From IMG/VR virus record IMGVR_UViG_3300027793_000086: a stretch of 20,000 bases of DNA; one strand, 5' to 3'. A program made the position numbers and the translations under genes. Under the pieces are notes generated by a model. That model was not told where the DNA came from. It searched no databases and was given only the letters and a program-made list of their open reading frames with translations. Each line of letters opens with the position of its first letter. The stretch's first letter is position 1. The DNA is from an uncultured virus (IMG/VR IMGVR_UViG_3300027793_000086) (Duplodnaviria; Heunggongvirae; Uroviricota; Caudoviricetes). Positions 16,070 to 20,000 of this stretch are shown here, one piece after another.

Positions 16070-16761
16070 GATATGAATTGTTGACGCGGGACGAACCGGA
16101 CAGCACTCTTATCTCTGTCCTCGGAACTAGCCAGATCCCACGCCATATCGTATTGCTCTTTCAGCACCTGCATGCGCTCCATCGCGCCGGGGATCTTCAT
16201 GGACAGGTAGTAGGCAAGTCCCGATACCAAAGCAGGGATGAACCTAAACGGTACATCTTGTGTGTACGTCCCGCCCGCACCAGCGTCCTGAATCCTGCGA
16301 AGCCGCCAGTAGACAAGCGTATACGTCTGCGAATTGTCAGGCGTAGGCCACACCGTGAACTGCGGAGCAGGGCCTTGGCGGTTGATCCAAATTTGGATTG
16401 GCCTTGCCTGCTGCAGTTTGTTCGGGATAGACGAGTAGGTAGAAACACTGATGCGCGTGATGGTCAAGTCCGTCTGCGTAGATGCAGAGCCCGCACCCGT
16501 GCGGATCACATGCTCAATCAAATCCACCGTGTCGGCGGGCAGCGTGTAGGTATTGGTGCCAGGAGTCAGGACTTGTTGGCCCTGCTCAATGGTCCACATA
16601 TTGATGCCACGGTTCGCCCAATCTGCAAAGAGAAGATTTAGGCTACGTCTTGCAGTACGGAGATCGTAGCCCGTGCGCAACTCAGCACCACAACGCTCAA
16701 AGGCTTCTTCAACAGCCTCGTTGAGGTCGAGATTAAACGTAGTGGTGCCGGATGTGGTCAT
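16066..16761 (-). CDS. Head-tail adaptor / tail tubular protein A-like (T7 gp11 / P22 gp4-like position)
   Basis: 231 aa; EEAFERCG, RRSLNLLFADWANRG, Y.LP.D, RP.Q.W, VWPTPD and DVPFRF...LVSGLAYYL motifs. Confidence 0.7.
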   Translation of the reverse strand: MTTSGTTTFNLDLNEAVEEAFERCGAELRTGYDLRTARRSLNLLFADWANRGINMWTIEQGQQVLTPGTNTYTLPADTVDLIEHVIRTGAGSASTQTDLTITRISVSTYSSIPNKLQQARPIQIWINRQGPAPQFTVWPTPDNSQTYTLVYWRLRRIQDAGAGGTYTQDVPFRFIPALVSGLAYYLSMKIPGAMERMQVLKEQYDMAWDLASSEDRDKSAVRFVPRQQFIS

Positions 16762-16764
16762 GGC

Positions 16765-17040
16765 TTACTTTGCTGTCAGCGCAGAACGCTTGAAGGCTTT
16801 GGCAGTAGGAGCGCCGGGAGAACCCGGCTTACGCATCTTCTCACCTGATCCAGCGGCAATGCGTTTACGCTTTGCATTGATGTTGGCGTAGAGGCCAACT
16901 TCCCCACCTTCGGCGTACTCAGTAAAGTCTGTGTTGTCCCTGCGGGCATGGCGCTTGCCACCTTCCAAAAAGTCGGTGTTGTCACGGCGCTTCTTCACCA
17001 CACCCTTGCGGATGGCTCCCATGCCACGACTTGCGATCAA
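16765..17040 (-). CDS. Small basic hypothetical protein with internal RRDNTDF duplication
   Basis: 91 aa; TTG start overlapping the HNH stop; ASRGMGAI, GLYANINAKRKR and GAPTAKAFK segments. Confidence 0.75.
   Translation of the reverse strand: MIASRGMGAIRKGVVKKRRDNTDFLEGGKRHARRDNTDFTEYAEGGEVGLYANINAKRKRIAAGSGEKMRKPGSPGAPTAKAFKRSALTAK
16925..16989. repeat. 45-bp period imperfect duplication (RRDNTDF x2)
   Basis: aagtctgtgttgtccctgcg (16925-16944) versus aagtcggtgttgtcacggcg (16970-16989). Confidence 0.85.
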
Positions 17041-17525
17041 AGTACACCTCCGCAGCGAGCGCCACTAACAATTCTACTGATGTGCGGCTGATTGACGGCA
17101 AAAATTTTGGCAAGCTGCGATTGGCTAAACTTTGCAAACTTGTACATTCCACGTATTTGCCGCACTTGCATGTCTGTTAGTTTTGACGCCCCATTTGCTT
17201 GCCCATAAAGCGGTCTACTACCACTTCTCCCTTTGGAAACCCTATCCGCAACATTATCTAGATTTGTTCCTAAAAACAAATGCTTAGGATTGCAGCATTT
17301 CGGGTTATCACATTTGTGCAAAACATGCAGGGGGTTATCTAAGCTACCTAACAAACCAGCAAGCAAAGCTGCAACTCTTTGCGCCGCTCTTGCACCGGCA
17401 GATGTGTGCACCCAGCCATAACCTGAGCGCGTAAGTGCACCTGTCCACTCCCAGCAAACATCGTCGGTTTTCACCGCAACTTTTGTCCAAAAGCGTTGCT
17501 CAAGCGGGGCGCACTTGCGGCTCAT
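17037..17525 (-). CDS. Free-standing HNH homing endonuclease with C-terminal HTH DNA-binding domain
   Basis: RFWTKV, CWEWTG, GYG, VLHKCDNPKCCNPKHLFLGTNLDN (HNH_3-like) and SKLT...VRQIR...SQSQLAKIFAVNQPHISRIV. Lower GC than its neighbours (23/60 GC at 17221-17280). Confidence 0.9.
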   Translation of the reverse strand: MSRKCAPLEQRFWTKVAVKTDDVCWEWTGALTRSGYGWVHTSAGARAAQRVAALLAGLLGSLDNPLHVLHKCDNPKCCNPKHLFLGTNLDNVADRVSKGRSGSRPLYGQANGASKLTDMQVRQIRGMYKFAKFSQSQLAKIFAVNQPHISRIVSGARCGGVL

Positions 17526-17526
17526 G

Positions 17527-17748
17527 TCAGATCACCTTGCACTTGCGAAGGCCACGCTGTTCGCAACCACCGCCCTTTACAGAGCCGCCCTTGGCAAGTT
17601 TCCGGCCTTCGTGAGCCTTCATGCCCGCTTCGTTGGCCTTCTCTTGCTTCATGGCGTCCAGTTCTGCGCGGATGCCAGCAGGAGGTTTTTCGGGGTGGCG
17701 GCTTCTCAGTGACTTAACTTCGCGCTTAGATTCGGCTGCGTAGTCCAT
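17527..17748 (-). CDS. Small basic hypothetical protein
   Basis: 73 aa; GAGGAG RBS; C-terminal LAKGGSVKGGGCEQRGLRKCKVI. Confidence 0.75.
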   Translation of the reverse strand: MDYAAESKREVKSLRSRHPEKPPAGIRAELDAMKQEKANEAGMKAHEGRKLAKGGSVKGGGCEQRGLRKCKVI

Positions 17749-17757
17749 GATTGCTCC

Positions 17758-18057
17758 TCAGCAGGCTTTGCCGCCCATTGCCATCTTGATCTTCGTGCCC
17801 TTGGTCTTGCCCTTGGACTCGATGCCGCCACCCTTGGCGTAGGCCATGCCGCCGCCCATCATCTTCTTGGCGGGCTTCTTCTTGTCGTCCTTCTTGCCCT
17901 TCATCAGGAAAGCAGGCATCGGCTTTTTCATTTCGGACTCCTTATGGGCCTTCGGCCCGACAAACTTCTCGGCAACGCTACGGGGGATGCCTGTGCCCTT
18001 TGGATCTTTCAACGCAGCGTACATCAGACGCCGCTGAGCATCGGATTTAACTGGCAA
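17758..18057 (-). CDS. Small Lys/Gly/Met-rich hypothetical protein (99 aa; start corrected)
   Basis: TTG at 18057 (MPVKSDAQRRLMYAA...) overlapping the upstream stop. Lys-rich C-terminal half with MMGGG, YAKGG and MAMGG. Possible second start at 17931. Confidence 0.7.
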   Translation of the reverse strand: MPVKSDAQRRLMYAALKDPKGTGIPRSVAEKFVGPKAHKESEMKKPMPAFLMKGKKDDKKKPAKKMMGGGMAYAKGGGIESKGKTKGTKIKMAMGGKAC

Positions 18058-18292
18058 CTTGCTTGCTCCGCAGAGTATCCAGCTTGGCTTCGATCCTGTC
18101 AAAGCGCTCCAGCAACTCTTTCATGTCAGCCCGGAACTCAGACCGTGTGATGTGGTCACGGGCAATCTCTTCCCGCGTGCGGTTGAGCAGGATGGAGATG
18201 CGGTCAAGCTCCCGGAATTTGGAAGACATGAAGAACGCCACTGCACCGATTAGGATGGTCAGGACGAGGTTCCAAAGTATTGTGGCTTCCAT
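18047..18292 (-). CDS. Small membrane protein (one N-terminal TM helix plus coiled coil)
   Basis: ILWNLVLTILIGAVAFFM followed by heptad-like FRADMKELLERFDRIEAKLD. Confidence 0.7.
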   Translation of the reverse strand: MEATILWNLVLTILIGAVAFFMSSKFRELDRISILLNRTREEIARDHITRSEFRADMKELLERFDRIEAKLDTLRSKQVAS

Positions 18293-18293
18293 C

Positions 18294-18548
18294 TCAACAC
18301 TTCCATGCCCGCAGGCTTTTGTTGATACGAGAGTTTGGGTCTTTGGCTGTCTTCTCAGAAGTCAGCTTGTTCTTCATTCCGGTCATTCTGGCGCAGAATG
18401 ACTTCTTGCGGGGGCCACCTTCGGGTTGGGGCGCTTTCAGCCCAGGCTTGCCGGGGTTGGCTTTGTTGTAGCTGGCACGGCCTTTGGCGTTTAGCCCGCC
18501 TGATTCTGCCTTGCCTTCCTTGCGCTGCCAAGCGAGTGACTTAGCCAT
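18294..18548 (-). CDS. Small basic conserved phage protein (DUF6321-like)
   Basis: AWQRKEGK..SGGLNAKGRASY, GGPRKKSFCARM and SRINKSLRAWKC motifs. The family label is from memory and unverified. Confidence 0.7.
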   Translation of the reverse strand: MAKSLAWQRKEGKAESGGLNAKGRASYNKANPGKPGLKAPQPEGGPRKKSFCARMTGMKNKLTSEKTAKDPNSRINKSLRAWKC

Positions 18549-18549
18549 A

Positions 18550-18915
18550 TTAAGCCCACACGCGAAGGGGGGTTACGGGAGGTGGTGTTACCAAGAACAC
18601 ATCCAGCTCAGGCGCTGGGCCGATGTTGCGCACGTTGGCGTGGTAGCCCGTGTACGGCAGTGGCTTGTAGTTCTCAGGCACCGGATCAGGCGCAGGCTCG
18701 TAGATCGTGCCGATCATGTCCACCGCAGTGAACTTGGGCGTCAGCGTCACGTTGCCTTCGTCGTCAGTGGCTGAGTCGTACAGGACCGAATAGGCCTCTT
18801 CCTCATCAGCAAAAACAACCATGTAGTCGCAGTAGCCCTCGGTGACGATGGGCTCTGCTGGGGCTTCAGCAAGCACCTCGGGAGGTGCTTCTAGCGTGTC
18901 AACGGTGTCGGTCAT
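18550..18915 (-). CDS. Small acidic protein, possible fibre/spike partner or chaperone
   Basis: 121 aa; DY.V.FADEEEA, D.IGTIY, GYHANVR and P.TP.RVWA motifs. ATGA overlap with the spike gene. Confidence 0.65.
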   Translation of the reverse strand: MTDTVDTLEAPPEVLAEAPAEPIVTEGYCDYMVVFADEEEAYSVLYDSATDDEGNVTLTPKFTAVDMIGTIYEPAPDPVPENYKPLPYTGYHANVRNIGPAPELDVFLVTPPPVTPLRVWA

Positions 18916-20000
18916 TGTGTTATTGCCTGAAGAGTTGCGTTGGGTAGGCGTTGGTTGTAGTAGCTGATGGAGCGCAATCGCCCATTGATGTAGTTATTGT
19001 TTGAAAAACCATCAAAACCAAGCGCCACCAGAGTGCCCGCCCCTGCTGAAAAAGCCACGGTAGAAGTTACGGCAGTGCCGCCATTGGCAGAAATTGCATT
19101 GCTGCCCGTCAGATAAGCAGACGCAACTTTGTTTGTTCCCGGTACAGTTACAGACGGACCCGTGCTTGTAATTAGATCCGCTACAGCGCGAATGCTTGAA
19201 CGCGCAAGGCCGCTTTCTATGCGGGTTTGGAATACCTGCGAACCGCCTCCAAAAACAACCCCTGTGGCAGTAGACCCAATCATGGTTGAAAACTCAGTAA
19301 CCACCGTCCCCTGATCCTGCCGATACCAAGTCGCAAAGTTATCCCCCAGCATCGACGCATTGTCCGCTGCTCGGGTGACTTGGGAGGCTACTGTGGGGAT
19401 GTACGATGTAGCAAAGGAGCCTGCTTCTAGTTGAGCGCCCCAGAGAAACACCCCGCTGGTGCCGTCGCCAGTGTATCCAGTTGCACCAGCATTGATGCAC
19501 GGCCCAAAATAAAGACCGTCGCTTGCAGTTGCGGTTCTGCTTAAAGAGCATCTATACCAACCACCGCCAACAGATGTAATGACCCCAGCGCCGCTAATAA
19601 CAGTGCCGGCAGACAAATCAAAATATGACACAACAACGCCATCTGTTGCGTTGAAAAAGTAAATGTATGCTTTCGTTCTTTCAGCGGCTTTAAAGTAAAT
19701 AGATGCAGTTTTACTGCCTGTCCCCAAACCACTTTGAACAACCAAATGTTCTGCAAACGCCGTGTTTTCGACTAGTTTATCCGCTGTTGTAGTTGCGTCA
19801 GGTGCGGTAGTCGCATTCGCGGTAATGGATGCGTTGCCCTTTGTCCACGCCGCATTGCTGAAGTCCTCGCTGTACGTCAGCAAATTCGTCGACTGTTGCT
19901 CAATCAGCAGCCCGTTAGCCGCCAGCGTCGTCGGGTTGTAGTCAAACCTCGGCCCGTAGTAGGCCGTGCTGGTGGGCGCTGCTTGCGGGTTGTAGACGTA
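18912..20000 (-). CDS. Phage spike/fibre protein with carbohydrate-binding and LamG-like domains; 5' end outside the window
   Basis: The frame stays open from 19883 to 20000 (YVYNPQAAPTSTAYYGPRFDYNPTTLAANGLLIEQQSTNLLTYSEDFSNAAW...). Contains PRFDY..GLLIE..TNLL, GWYRCS, WGAQLEAGSFATSYIPT....TRAAD and NG.LRSISYYNQRL motifs. Confidence 0.8.
   Translation of the reverse strand, partial: YVYNPQAAPTSTAYYGPRFDYNPTTLAANGLLIEQQSTNLLTYSEDFSNAAWTKGNASITANATTAPDATTTADKLVENTAFAEHLVVQSGLGTGSKTASIYFKAAERTKAYIYFFNATDGVVVSYFDLSAGTVISGAGVITSVGGGWYRCSLSRTATASDGLYFGPCINAGATGYTGDGTSGVFLWGAQLEAGSFATSYIPTVASQVTRAADNASMLGDNFATWYRQDQGTVVTEFSTMIGSTATGVVFGGGSQVFQTRIESGLARSSIRAVADLITSTGPSVTVPGTNKVASAYLTGSNAISANGGTAVTSTVAFSAGAGTLVALGFDGFSNNNYINGRLRSISYYNQRLPNATLQAITQ

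Noticed and set aside
1..20000. CRISPR array, tRNA, terminators, alternative genetic code
   Set aside because: Intergenic gaps are under about 20 nt, all repeats found are coding, and TAA, TGA and TAG all act as normal stops at coupled junctions.

Overview
The whole window is the late (virion morphogenesis) region of a tailed dsDNA phage, most likely a podovirus-type phage of a Gram-negative host. About 29 tightly packed, translationally coupled genes lie on the minus strand. In transcription order (right to left) they encode: a spike/fibre protein and a small partner; a cluster of small Lys/Arg/Gly-rich proteins interrupted by a free-standing HNH endonuclease; two adaptor-like proteins; a GC-rich cassette with two paralogous ~290-aa proteins and an unannotated 44-aa zinc-finger ORF; a Trp-repeat protein; a tail fibre and an AT-rich beta-propeller adhesin; holin and lysozyme; a tail nozzle; a chimeric structural protein; and four putative internal (ejected) virion proteins. 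Three real ORFs are missing from the supplied track (1..463, 13649..13783, 15513..15671) and several starts need correcting. The most interesting signals are TonB-box-like repeats in a putative ejection protein, a hydrophobic-x-x-GG motif shared by ejection proteins and small basic proteins, and a [KR]GxGxxx[KR]G motif shared by the small basic proteins. All product calls come from motif recognition and synteny; no database search was run.
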